A stretch of 64,000 nt of DNA, from positions 301-64,300 of the forward strand of contig CAMVRN010000006.1 in NCBI GenBank assembly GCA_947169915.1, written 5' to 3'. A program made the position numbers and the translations under genes. A model generated the notes under the pieces. That model searched no databases. It was not told the origin of the DNA and was given only the letters and a program-made list of their open reading frames with translations. The stretch is from an uncultured Candidatus Saccharibacteria bacterium. GTDB lineage: Bacteria; Patescibacteriota; Saccharimonadia; Saccharimonadales; Saccharimonadaceae. Below, piece after piece: positions 55,714-64,000 of this stretch (positions within the stretch are counted from its first letter, which is position 1; the number at the start of each line of letters is the position of its first letter).

Positions 55714-56619
55714 ATGGCAAAAGATAAGGCAATTGGCAAAAGACTAAAAATCAGTAAGGCGCAAAAGAATATGTTTGCGGCTGTTGCTGGAGCTGCGTTT
55801 ATCCTTGGTATTTCGTTGGTGTTTAGCGTTTATTTCCTAAGATATATCAAGTTTAATTCAAAGGTCATTTCTGAGAAAGATAAGGCCATTACTGGATATA
55901 GCAATACTATTAGGGATATTGGTGTGTGCAAAGCACCAAGTGGTAAGGTGTACAATAATACTGAGCTTGAGCGTTGCAATCCGAATGAAATTGATTTAAG
56001 CACAATTTCAGGAACTCTTCGTTACGATATTATTATGAATACATCGCAGAGCCAAGAGCTTGAGAGCGTCGGTCGTAACGGGCTTTCGATTTGTTATGAT
56101 ACCTCGACAAACAAAAAGTTAAGTACCGACTGGATGCTCGAAAGATATAGATTAGCGACTACTGATGCGGATAGGGAATACTATCTTGAAATGATTGGTA
56201 TGTGTTCATCGCTTCGCGTTATTCCTGACGCGCTTCCTTCTGCAGCTAATTCGCTTGCGCTTGGTGCTAGCTTGAACAAAATTTTTAAACTTTCTGATTA
56301 CGAACCGGATGGTATTACGCCGGGACGCGTTCAAGACAGTGTTAATTTCCCAGGTCTTGGCGAAATCGGTGTCAGTCTTGTGATTGAGGGGAGTTCTGCT
56401 GAGGCCATGACTGTACTTACGAACCTTGAGAAGTCTATTCGTGAGATAAATGTTAATACTGCCCATATCGAAATGAAATCTTCGGATAGCCTTAAAGTCG
56501 AGGCGGCGGCGACTGCATATTATACTAAAGCAGCGTCTTTAACTGAGTCATACGAGACTGTAAAAGGGAATGGAAAGATAACCAGAGATTCTGGAGATGC
56601 AACAGGAGGTACTAAATAA
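55714..56619 (+). CDS. PilO-like protein
   Basis: One TM segment, coiled coil, 'VLTNLEKSIREINV' PilO-type C-terminus; position after the PilN-like gene. Confidence 0.65.
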   Translation: MAKDKAIGKRLKISKAQKNMFAAVAGAAFILGISLVFSVYFLRYIKFNSKVISEKDKAITGYSNTIRDIGVCKAPSGKVYNNTELERCNPNEIDLSTISGTLRYDIIMNTSQSQELESVGRNGLSICYDTSTNKKLSTDWMLERYRLATTDADREYYLEMIGMCSSLRVIPDALPSAANSLALGASLNKIFKLSDYEPDGITPGRVQDSVNFPGLGEIGVSLVIEGSSAEAMTVLTNLEKSIREINVNTAHIEMKSSDSLKVEAAATAYYTKAASLTESYETVKGNGKITRDSGDATGGTK

Positions 56620-57122
56620 TGAAGACATCTGATTACGTATCTATCGGTTTTGTTGCAATTTTCGTGACAATTCTTGCTTATTTTATTGTCAATTCGCTTC
56701 TTGGTGACCCTAACGAGGCAATGGTGAGATTCAAATATCTCGACAATGTAAATACCAAGACGGTTTCTGTTGATAAAGAAGTTTTTAATGCCGCAGCGGT
56801 GAACCCAACCGTTGAGGTCTATGTAGGTTCTTGCGTTGATTTAAACCAAAACGGTATTTTGGATGATGATGAGAGAATTGCTTGTGGCGAGGACGCACTT
56901 GAAACAAATACTGGCGTGACCGAGAGCCAATATCTCGAGGCAAACCAAGGCTTAAGTAATGCTGAGAACGATGCGATTAACAATGCAGATGGTTTTGCTA
57001 ACGGAACAACAGCTGACCAAAGAGACGCTGTTAATAATGACATCAACAACTACCAACAACAGCAACAACAAAGTAATTCCGCAGAAAATGCGGCGGGCCG
57101 AGAGACTGTATCGGGGAGCTAG
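56619..57122 (+). CDS. Membrane-anchored pilus-cluster protein (PilP position) with an EF-hand-like loop
   Basis: N-terminal TM segment; C-V-DLNQNGILDDDE-RIA-C; N/Q-rich tail. Confidence 0.65.
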   Translation: MKTSDYVSIGFVAIFVTILAYFIVNSLLGDPNEAMVRFKYLDNVNTKTVSVDKEVFNAAAVNPTVEVYVGSCVDLNQNGILDDDERIACGEDALETNTGVTESQYLEANQGLSNAENDAINNADGFANGTTADQRDAVNNDINNYQQQQQQSNSAENAAGRETVSGS

Positions 57123-57125
57123 GGG

Positions 57126-58895
57126 ATGGCGCTCTTAACGAAGGACATCCAAGAACGAGTCGTTTCACTTCTCCAAGATGAGGGACTTGTTGATACCCAA
57201 AAAGTTGCTGAGATTCGCTCAAGCGAAACACTTTCTAAACAACCGATTTTAGCTGCACTTGTTTCTCAAAAACTAACTAATAACGAAACAATCACACATG
57301 CGACGGCACTTGTGATGCGAGTACCGTATGTCAACCTTCGCAATGTAAAGATTGAGCAGGAAATTTTGTTGAATCTACCTCAGGATGTAGCTGAGAGAAG
57401 TATGGCTGTTCCTCTTGCGAGCTCTAACGGTAGACTTACAGTTGCAATGCTTGATGTTACTAACGTTCAGGCTACGGATTATTTAGCAACTCTCGTTAAA
57501 AAGCCGATTAGGGCTGTTATGGCTTCTGAGGATGGAATCCGCGCTGTTTTGATGCAATATCGAAACGATTTTTCGAGTGTTCAGAAAGCGGCAAAAAACT
57601 CTCAGGAAGAGCAAGCACAGAGAACGGCGCGTAATAGTAATGTTAAGACCATTACACAGGATTCGCCGATTTCAAAAGCTTTGACGACGATTCTTGATTA
57701 CGCAGCAAAATCTAAAGCATCCGATATTCACATTGAACCATTAGAGAATTCACTAGTGATTCGGTGTAGGATTGATGGTGTTTTGAGGCAAGTGATGGAG
57801 CTCCCAAAGGCGATTGAACCAGCGCTCGTTTCGCGCATTAAGATTCTTTCGAACTTGAAGATTGATGAACATCGTATCCCGCAAGACGGTCAGTTTACAG
57901 TGGCTGTGGATGACAAAGAGATTGACCTTCGTATTGCTATTTCGCCGGTTGTTTGGGGCGAGCAAGTGGTTATCCGTCTTTTGGACAAAACTGGTACGGC
58001 CATGGAAGTTGAGAAGATGGGTATGACTGGACGTGCACTAAGAGCGGTATTAAGTGGCATCGAGAAACCAAACGGTATGATTCTAACGTCTGGCCCTACG
58101 GGTTCTGGTAAGTCTACAACTCTCTATGCTTTGATTAAGAAAATTAAGTCTGAAGCGATTAATATCGTTACGCTTGAAGACCCAGTTGAATACAAGATGG
58201 ACGGAGTGAACCAGATTCAAGTAAATGTGGATGCTGGACTTACGTTTGCATCTGGGCTAAGGTCTATTTTGCGTCAGGACCCTGATGTGGTAATGGTAGG
58301 TGAGATTCGCGACTCCGAGACGGCGAACCTTGCAGTTCAGGCTGCGCTTACGGGTCACTTGGTGTTTTCGACACTGCACACGAACTCGGCTGCGGGTATT
58401 TTGCCTCGTCTTCTTGATATGGGCATTGAGCCGTTCTTGATTGCTTCTACTCTCAATACTGTTATTGGTCAGAGGTTGGTTCGTAGGATTTCTGAAAAGA
58501 AGGAAGTGTATCAGTCAAGTGATTTGGAAACAAAAGAAGTAAATGAAGTACTTGGAAAAGTCTTGCCGAAGAGTCAGCAAGAGGTTCCGAGCTTATCCGA
58601 AGAATTAGGCTATCCTGGGTTGCCAGTTTATAATCCGCGTGGCTACATGCTTTCTAAGGGCGTTGAGACTAGGGAAGCGCCTGGTGGATACGTTGGGCGT
58701 GCTGGTCTGTATGAAGCGATTGAGGTTGATGAAGATATTCAAAAGTTGATTGTGGCGCGTGCTACTGCAGGTGATATTATGAAGGTTGCAAAGGCAAAGG
58801 GTGTTATTACGATGCGACAGGACGGTATGTTAAAGGCATTAAGTGGTATTACCACGATAAAGGAAGTAAATCGCGTTGCGTCTGATATTGCGTAA
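57126..58895 (+). CDS. pilB: Type IV pilus extension ATPase (PilB/GspE)
   Basis: ASDIHIEP, RIPQDG, TSGPTGSGKSTT, TLEDPVEY, LRQDPDVVMVGEIRD and TGHLVFSTLHTN motifs. Confidence 0.93.
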   Translation: MALLTKDIQERVVSLLQDEGLVDTQKVAEIRSSETLSKQPILAALVSQKLTNNETITHATALVMRVPYVNLRNVKIEQEILLNLPQDVAERSMAVPLASSNGRLTVAMLDVTNVQATDYLATLVKKPIRAVMASEDGIRAVLMQYRNDFSSVQKAAKNSQEEQAQRTARNSNVKTITQDSPISKALTTILDYAAKSKASDIHIEPLENSLVIRCRIDGVLRQVMELPKAIEPALVSRIKILSNLKIDEHRIPQDGQFTVAVDDKEIDLRIAISPVVWGEQVVIRLLDKTGTAMEVEKMGMTGRALRAVLSGIEKPNGMILTSGPTGSGKSTTLYALIKKIKSEAINIVTLEDPVEYKMDGVNQIQVNVDAGLTFASGLRSILRQDPDVVMVGEIRDSETANLAVQAALTGHLVFSTLHTNSAAGILPRLLDMGIEPFLIASTLNTVIGQRLVRRISEKKEVYQSSDLETKEVNEVLGKVLPKSQQEVPSLSEELGYPGLPVYNPRGYMLSKGVETREAPGGYVGRAGLYEAIEVDEDIQKLIVARATAGDIMKVAKAKGVITMRQDGMLKALSGITTIKEVNRVASDIA

Positions 58896-58955
58896 CGGGA
58901 AAGAGCGAGCAAAAATAACAACAAAATTAAAATACTTATGGTATAATTAACGTAT

Positions 58956-60026
58956 ATGGAAAATAGTGGGCCCAGGATTGAAGTTTTACTTGAAGAATGT
59001 ATTCGAAAGAATGCTTCAGATTTACATATTCAGGTTGGTTTGCAACCAATTTTAAGGATTGATGGCAAGCTTATCGCTATCATGAATCAGCCGGTTTTGA
59101 CTCCAGACATGGTTAAGCAGCTTATTTTTGCAACGCTTGATGAAGCACAACAAAAAATCTTAATGAAGGATAAAGAGTTTGATTATTCTTTTGCTTTTGG
59201 TGAGTTGGGCAGGTTTCGTGCTAATGCGTTCCATGAAAAAGGGAATTTGGCATGTGCATTTAGGTTGATTCCGAATAAGATTCAGACGATTGGGGAACTT
59301 GGACTTCCTGGGGTTGTTGAAAGCTTTGCGGACTATCCGCGAGGACTTGTTTTGGTTACTGGCCCTACAGGTTCCGGTAAGTCTACGACGCTCGCTGCGA
59401 TTGTTGATAAGATTAACCGTGAAAAAGCAGTACATATTTTGACGATTGAAGACCCAATCGAGTTTACGCATAAGTCACAGAGGTCGGTAGTTGTACAAAG
59501 GGAGGTACACTACGATACGTTTTCTTTCTCGGCGGCACTTAGGTCTGCGCTCCGCGAGGACCCAGACGTGGTGCTTCTTGGCGAGATGCGCGATTTGGAA
59601 ACAATTTCTTCAGCGATTACGATTGCGGAAACAGGTCACCTTGTTCTTGCAACGTTACATACCAACTCAGCTGCTCAGTCGGTTGACCGTATGATTGACG
59701 TGTTCCCGGCGCACCAACAGCCACAAGTAAGAAGTCAGCTTTCAAATATTTTGATGGCGATTTGTGCACAAAGGCTTGTCCCAGCAATTGGTGGTGGCCG
59801 TGTTGCTGCTGCTGAGATTATGGTGGCAAATTCTGCGATTAGGTCGCTCATTCGTGATGGTAAAACGCACCAGATTGACTCGATGATTCAGACGGGTGCA
59901 AGTGCAGGTATGCAGACTATGGATGCAACTCTTGCGAAGCTCGTTAAGGGTGGTAACGTGTCTTACAATGATGCTCGCGATTATGCTGTTGACGTAGAAA
60001 ACTTTGATAGGTTGGCTAGAGGTTAA
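58956..60026 (+). CDS. pilT: Type IV pilus retraction ATPase
   Basis: ASDLHI, VTGPTGSGKSTT, TIEDPIE, ALREDPDVVLLGEMRD, AETGHLVLATLHT and GMQTMD motifs. Confidence 0.96.
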   Translation: MENSGPRIEVLLEECIRKNASDLHIQVGLQPILRIDGKLIAIMNQPVLTPDMVKQLIFATLDEAQQKILMKDKEFDYSFAFGELGRFRANAFHEKGNLACAFRLIPNKIQTIGELGLPGVVESFADYPRGLVLVTGPTGSGKSTTLAAIVDKINREKAVHILTIEDPIEFTHKSQRSVVVQREVHYDTFSFSAALRSALREDPDVVLLGEMRDLETISSAITIAETGHLVLATLHTNSAAQSVDRMIDVFPAHQQPQVRSQLSNILMAICAQRLVPAIGGGRVAAAEIMVANSAIRSLIRDGKTHQIDSMIQTGASAGMQTMDATLAKLVKGGNVSYNDARDYAVDVENFDRLARG

Positions 60027-60028
60027 GG

Positions 60029-61234
60029 ATGAAGAGATTTACTTACAAAGCCACCGAAAAGGCAACAAGAAAGACTGTTTCTGGCACGCTTCAGGCTGAG
60101 AGCGAGAAGGAAGCAGGAAAACTTCTCATTGAACAAGGATTTATTCCGGATAAAATTGAGGAGGAGGACAAGAAAGGCCTTCTCAATAAGTATAAGAATA
60201 AAGTCGGAACAAAAGATAGGATTATCTTTACGAGGCAGTTTGCGACACTTATTGGCGCCGGTCTTCCTATGTCTCGAAGCTTGAAGACGGCTGCTGAACA
60301 GTCTACTTCTAAGGCGATGCGTGCGGTTATTGAAGATGTTACGGCGAGCGTAGAAGCAGGTAAATCTCTTTCTGACGCATTTTCTCAGCACCCAGACGTT
60401 TTTAACGACGTCTATCTTTCGCTTGTGGCTGCTGGTGAAATGTCTGGTACTCTCGATACGGCACTTGCAAGGCTTGCTGCACAGGACGAAAAAGACTCGA
60501 GCATGATTTCTAAGATTCGCGGGGCTATGGTTTATCCGGGCATTATTTTCTTGGTCATTATCGCTGTTCTCGCTTTCATGTTGGTGGCGGTTGTTCCTGA
60601 GGTTAGAAAGCTATATGCAGATATGGATAAGACACTTCCTGGAATCACGCAAGCTCTTGTCCAAATATCAGATTTCTTCTCGAATCAATGGTGGGTAGTG
60701 TTGATATTCTTGATTCTTACCATCTACGGATTGAGAGTTTTCCGTAAAACGGATTCAGGGAAACGATTCTTTGCTTTGTTTAAATTAAATGTTCCAGTGT
60801 TCAAATCTTTGTTTCAGAGGCTTTATATGAACCGTTTTTGTAGAACGATGGAAATGCTTCTCGGAACAGGCGTATCAATGCTTGACGCGATTAAAATTTC
60901 TTCTAGGGCTACTTCGAATTACTATATGGAAGAGCAATTTAATTCTGCTGGCGAGAAGGTAAAGGCTGGTCGTCCGCTTTCTGAAAGTGTTCAAGAATTG
61001 GATTATATTTTGCCGCTCGTTCCACAGATGATAAACATTGGTGAACAATCTGGTAAAATTGATGAAATGATTGGTAAAGCTGCCGAAGTTTACGAGAACG
61101 AGCTTGATGAAAAAATCGCAAACATCTCTACGATGATTGAGCCTTTCTTGATGGTAATTATGGCCGGTCTTATCGGTATTGTTATCGCAGGTACACTTCT
61201 TCCAATCTACTCGCTTGTTTCCTCGATTTCTTAA
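60029..61234 (+). CDS. pilC: Type IV pilus platform protein (PilC/GspF)
   Basis: FTRQFATLIGAG, AGEMSGTLD, IRGAMVYP, IGEQSGKIDEM and MIEPFL motifs. Confidence 0.93.
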   Translation: MKRFTYKATEKATRKTVSGTLQAESEKEAGKLLIEQGFIPDKIEEEDKKGLLNKYKNKVGTKDRIIFTRQFATLIGAGLPMSRSLKTAAEQSTSKAMRAVIEDVTASVEAGKSLSDAFSQHPDVFNDVYLSLVAAGEMSGTLDTALARLAAQDEKDSSMISKIRGAMVYPGIIFLVIIAVLAFMLVAVVPEVRKLYADMDKTLPGITQALVQISDFFSNQWWVVLIFLILTIYGLRVFRKTDSGKRFFALFKLNVPVFKSLFQRLYMNRFCRTMEMLLGTGVSMLDAIKISSRATSNYYMEEQFNSAGEKVKAGRPLSESVQELDYILPLVPQMINIGEQSGKIDEMIGKAAEVYENELDEKIANISTMIEPFLMVIMAGLIGIVIAGTLLPIYSLVSSIS

Positions 61235-61267
61235 TTATAGACACTCTTAGATGGTATAATGATAGAC

Positions 61268-62077
61268 ATGAAATTTATGTTTATTGTGTTTGGATGTTTG
61301 ATTGGGGCTGCGTTTGGTAGTTTTGCTTGCTGCCAAGCGTGGCGTATTCGATTGCGCGAGGAACAGAGGAAAGACCCGGGGAAAAGGTCTGTTTGTTTGT
61401 CTTGCGGGAAAAAATTGAAATGGTATGACAATATTCCAATCTTGAGTTGGATTATGCTGAAAGGAAAGTGCAGGAAATGCGGAAAACCGATTGGAAAAGC
61501 CGAGATATTTGCGGAATTATTTGGATGTGTAAGCTTTGGGGCAATTGTATGGAGTTTTTTGAAGGATATAAGTTTTGATGGAAGACTATTTGAGGCGATT
61601 TCTGAGGTAAATATTCCGGAAATGATTACTATACTTGCGGCGATGGTTGGACTGATGATAGTAGCCGTTTATGATGGGAAATGGGGAGAAATGCCAGTTT
61701 CCATACTGCTTTTTGCGATTATTATGGGTGGTATTTATGCGATGATTGGTTTGATTCAAAAAGGTTTTTCTCTGGAAAATATAATACAGGTTCTTGGTGC
61801 TGTTGGAATACTTGCTGGGATATACTATTTACTATACTTCTTTTCGAAAGAAAAACTGGTGGGGGGAGGGGATTGGATTCTTTGCGTTTGTCTAGGACTT
61901 TTGTTGTCAAATTGGCGTCTAGCCCTGATTGAGCTCTTTTTGTCGAATTTTATAGGGGCAGTAGTGATGCTCCCGATGAGACAGAAGAAAATAGCCTTTG
62001 GGCCATTTCTGGTTGTGGCGTTTGTGATAACTTTTGTGTTCAGAGATTATTTAGTTAGCGCTCTAATGATTGGCTAG
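61268..62077 (+). CDS. pilD: Prepilin peptidase/N-methyltransferase (A24)
   Basis: GAAFGSF, SVCLSC...KCRKC zinc cysteines, catalytic Asp motifs VYD and GGGD, AFGPFL. Confidence 0.9.
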   Translation: MKFMFIVFGCLIGAAFGSFACCQAWRIRLREEQRKDPGKRSVCLSCGKKLKWYDNIPILSWIMLKGKCRKCGKPIGKAEIFAELFGCVSFGAIVWSFLKDISFDGRLFEAISEVNIPEMITILAAMVGLMIVAVYDGKWGEMPVSILLFAIIMGGIYAMIGLIQKGFSLENIIQVLGAVGILAGIYYLLYFFSKEKLVGGGDWILCVCLGLLLSNWRLALIELFLSNFIGAVVMLPMRQKKIAFGPFLVVAFVITFVFRDYLVSALMIG

Positions 62078-63012
62078 CTTGTTTCGCTGTGATATTTTTC
62101 ATGGATTTCACGTAGGTGCGGGTCGGTAACGTGGGTGTATATTTGTGTAGTGCTAATGTTGGCGTGTCCAAGCATAGCCTGAACCGAGCGGAGGTCTGCG
62201 CCATTCATAAGTAGGTCGGTAGCAAAAGAATGCCTAAGAGTGTGAGGTGTAACATGTTTGGTGATGCCAGCGAGTTTAGTGTATTTTTCGATGATACGTT
62301 GAACTGAGCGTGGCGTGAGGCGGCGATAGTTACCGGATGTATCGACCGAATTGAGATTGCGAGAGTTGTTTAGAAAGAGAGCAGGAAGAGAATCATTGCG
62401 GACGGCCAGATAGTCTTTAGTAGCGCTAGCAGCGGATTCGCTAATGAACACGGGGCGGTCTTTCTTTCCTTTACCTCTGACGATAAATTCGCGACGTTCA
62501 AGATTAATGGAATCGCGATTGAGGTTGATTAATTCGGAAACGCGGAGCCCTCCAGAGAAGAGTAGTTCAATTATAGCTCGGTCGCGGAGACCTGATTCGG
62601 TATCTGTTGGAATTACGGATAGCAAATCCTCAACTTCGTCGTAATGAAGAAAGGTGACTTGTTTTTTGACGGCGCGAGGTAAATCTACAAGAGAAGGGTC
62701 GAGGGTTTTAATGCCTCGGCGAGTGAGATATTTAAGAAATCCACGGAGTGCTATGAGATGATAGGCTTGAGTTAGGGCAGAAAGGTTTTCATTTCGGACA
62801 TCGTTTGTATAGCGATTGAGACGAAGACGATACTTACGGAGAAGTTCGGAATCAATTTCTGAGGGTTTTATATCGTCTGATTCGAGGATTTCGGTGCAGA
62901 TTTCGTAAAAACGATAGAGGTAGAGCCGATAGTTTTCAATTGTTTTCTTTGAGCGGCCACGTTCGACTTCTAGATGTTCGAGAAAGTCATCTATTAGCTC
63001 ATTGATATTCAT
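62074..63012 (-). CDS. XerC/XerD-type tyrosine recombinase
   Basis: RDRAIIELLFSGGLRVSEL, GKGKKDR, TPHTLRHSFAT, MLGHANISTTQIYTH; XerC versus XerD not resolvable by eye. Confidence 0.93.
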   Translation of the reverse strand: MNINELIDDFLEHLEVERGRSKKTIENYRLYLYRFYEICTEILESDDIKPSEIDSELLRKYRLRLNRYTNDVRNENLSALTQAYHLIALRGFLKYLTRRGIKTLDPSLVDLPRAVKKQVTFLHYDEVEDLLSVIPTDTESGLRDRAIIELLFSGGLRVSELINLNRDSINLERREFIVRGKGKKDRPVFISESAASATKDYLAVRNDSLPALFLNNSRNLNSVDTSGNYRRLTPRSVQRIIEKYTKLAGITKHVTPHTLRHSFATDLLMNGADLRSVQAMLGHANISTTQIYTHVTDPHLREIHEKYHSETS

Positions 63013-63060
63013 GTAGATATTATAGCACTTTGTGGTATAATGAGCGGAAAGGAGAAAAAT

Positions 63061-63576
63061 ATGGGAAAAGAAAAAGATTTAATCCAGAGAAGCCTAGTTG
63101 TTTGCAAACCTGATGCGGTGCAACGAGGTCTTGTCGGTGAAATCTTGCAAAGGTTTGAGCGTGTTGGTCTTAAGATTGTTGGTATGAAGATGGTCATGCC
63201 AAGTGAAGATCACTACCGTGCACACTATGAAGATATAGGACAGATGATTACTCGTCGCGGAGAGCAAGCGTTTCACTATAACGTTGCTTATATGATGACT
63301 GGTCCAGTTATCGCTATGGTGCTTGAGGGGGTAGAATGCGTCCCTCTAGTTCGTAAGATTGTAGGTCCAACAGAGCCAAAAAGCGCAGAGATGGGCACGA
63401 TTCGTGGTGACTATTCTCACATGAGCTTTGGTTACTCTGATGCTAAGGGAATTGGTGTCCCTAACCTTATCCATGCTTCTGGTAGCCTAGAAGAGGCTAA
63501 GAAAGAGATTAAGCTCTGGTTTGATGAAGACGAACTATACGATTACAGTGATTTGAACGAAAAATACACTCGTTAG
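63061..63576 (+). CDS. ndk: Nucleoside diphosphate kinase
   Basis: KPDAVQRGLVGEI, GTIRGDY and NLIHAS (catalytic His) motifs; SD AAAGGAG. Confidence 0.95.
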   Translation: MGKEKDLIQRSLVVCKPDAVQRGLVGEILQRFERVGLKIVGMKMVMPSEDHYRAHYEDIGQMITRRGEQAFHYNVAYMMTGPVIAMVLEGVECVPLVRKIVGPTEPKSAEMGTIRGDYSHMSFGYSDAKGIGVPNLIHASGSLEEAKKEIKLWFDEDELYDYSDLNEKYTR

Positions 63577-63590
63577 TAATAACGGGGGAA

Positions 63591-63617
63591 AAAGTGCGCT
63601 TCTTGGCGTACTTTTTT
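63591..63617 (+). terminator. ndk terminator
   Basis: AAAGTGCGC-ttcttg-GCGTACTTT-TTT. Confidence 0.75.
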
Positions 63618-63677
63618 GTGGTTTTTGGGATGGTCTGCGAGGAATTGTTTTACAGAGAAAAACAGGTTACCATAAGC

Positions 63678-63706
63678 TTGACAAAAAAGGCTTTCTGTGC
63701 TATAAT
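63678..63706 (+). promoter_or_regulatory. Perfect consensus sigma70 promoter
   Basis: TTGACA-17 bp-TATAAT with extended -10 TG. Confidence 0.85.
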
Positions 63707-63842
63707 GAATGTGTTCATATTTGAGCGATTTAACAGATATGGAAGGTCGTTAAAATCGAATCGTCCCAGACACAAACGCTTTGTCTGGGTATCTAATTAA
63801 TAATCGGCGATAGCACTAGATTTTTTAAAGGAGGGGAAGAAT

Positions 63843-64000
63843 ATGAGTGAGAATCGCCCAAGAAGAAGGCTTCGGCCAATGAACCCGACCCCATCTGACG
63901 GTGGGAGCAATCTGCGGAGGAATCCGTATGTAACGCATGAAGAAGATGAATTTAGGGAGGATTGTTCACCCGTAGAGGAAAGAATCCCTGAATCCACGTC
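63843..64000 (+). CDS. Hypothetical protein, 3'-truncated by the window edge (MSENRPRRRLRP...)
   Basis: SD AAGGAGGGG before the ATG at 63843; open to the end of the window. Confidence 0.6.
   Translation, partial: MSENRPRRRLRPMNPTPSDGGSNLRRNPYVTHEEDEFREDCSPVEERIPEST

Noticed and set aside
57052-57072. CAA/CAG run (poly-Gln) as a phase-variable repeat
   Set aside because: A short, imperfect, in-frame trinucleotide run; length changes would not shift the frame.
24513-61870. KOPS octamers GGGNAGGG on the + strand (24513, 36954, 36960, 61863)
   Set aside because: Too few and all inside G-rich coding sequence; consistent with + being the leading strand but not evidence without genome-wide statistics.
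62074-63060. dif site or integron near the Xer recombinase
   Set aside because: No match to the 28-bp dif pattern or attC-like repeats was seen; the protein looks like a housekeeping XerC/D.
1301-63276. Numerous 60-190-aa ORFs overlapping core genes on the opposite strand or in other frames
   Set aside because: They are shadow ORFs inside well-supported genes, with no SD or promoter support and no recognisable motifs.
1-64000. Alternative genetic code 25 (TGA=Gly) as in some CPR lineages
   Set aside because: Conserved genes such as dnaG and mutM end at TGA at their expected lengths, and no core gene is interrupted by an in-frame TGA.

Overview
A 64-kb, gene-dense piece of bacterial chromosome read in standard code 11, mostly on the + strand. 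It is best explained as a Patescibacteria/CPR genome, most likely Ca. Saccharibacteria (inference). The grounds are a short RpoD without region 1.1, a pilM-N-O-?-B-T-C-D type IV pilus cluster with no secretin, a G|D-type prepilin and a VirB2/TrbC-like pilin. Core genes present: valS, femABX-like, tsaD, a MacB/FtsX-type ABC pair, folC, tRNA-Ser(GGA), pyrG, argS, orn, mscL, dnaG, rpoD, coaE-like kinase, polA, mutM, holA-like, rpsT, truB, rpsO, pnp, ftsK, rpsF-ssb-rpsR, efp, tlyA, a Xer-type recombinase and ndk. Accessory patches lie at about 3.1-6.5 kb and 11.9-19.9 kb, the latter just after tRNA-Ser and carrying a ~1000-aa repeat adhesin, a DUF4428-like protein and a VanY-like peptidase. Main leads: (1) a ~575-nt ORF-less, structured unit between tsaD and femX bounded by a promoter and terminator, a candidate large ncRNA; (2) a stand-alone IS1634-N-terminus-like mini-protein behind two repeat-plus-hairpin units; (3) widespread TGn-TAnnnT promoters 6-8 nt before core-gene ATGs, implying leaderless mRNAs; (4) several proteins with altered functional motifs (Fic H->E, DHH loss, EF-P MGRG, PilB without Zn cysteines); (5) a membrane-anchored serpin; (6) micro-ORFs missed by the ORF track. 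No CRISPR array, rRNA or prophage was found. All family assignments come from motif recognition by eye, not database searches.
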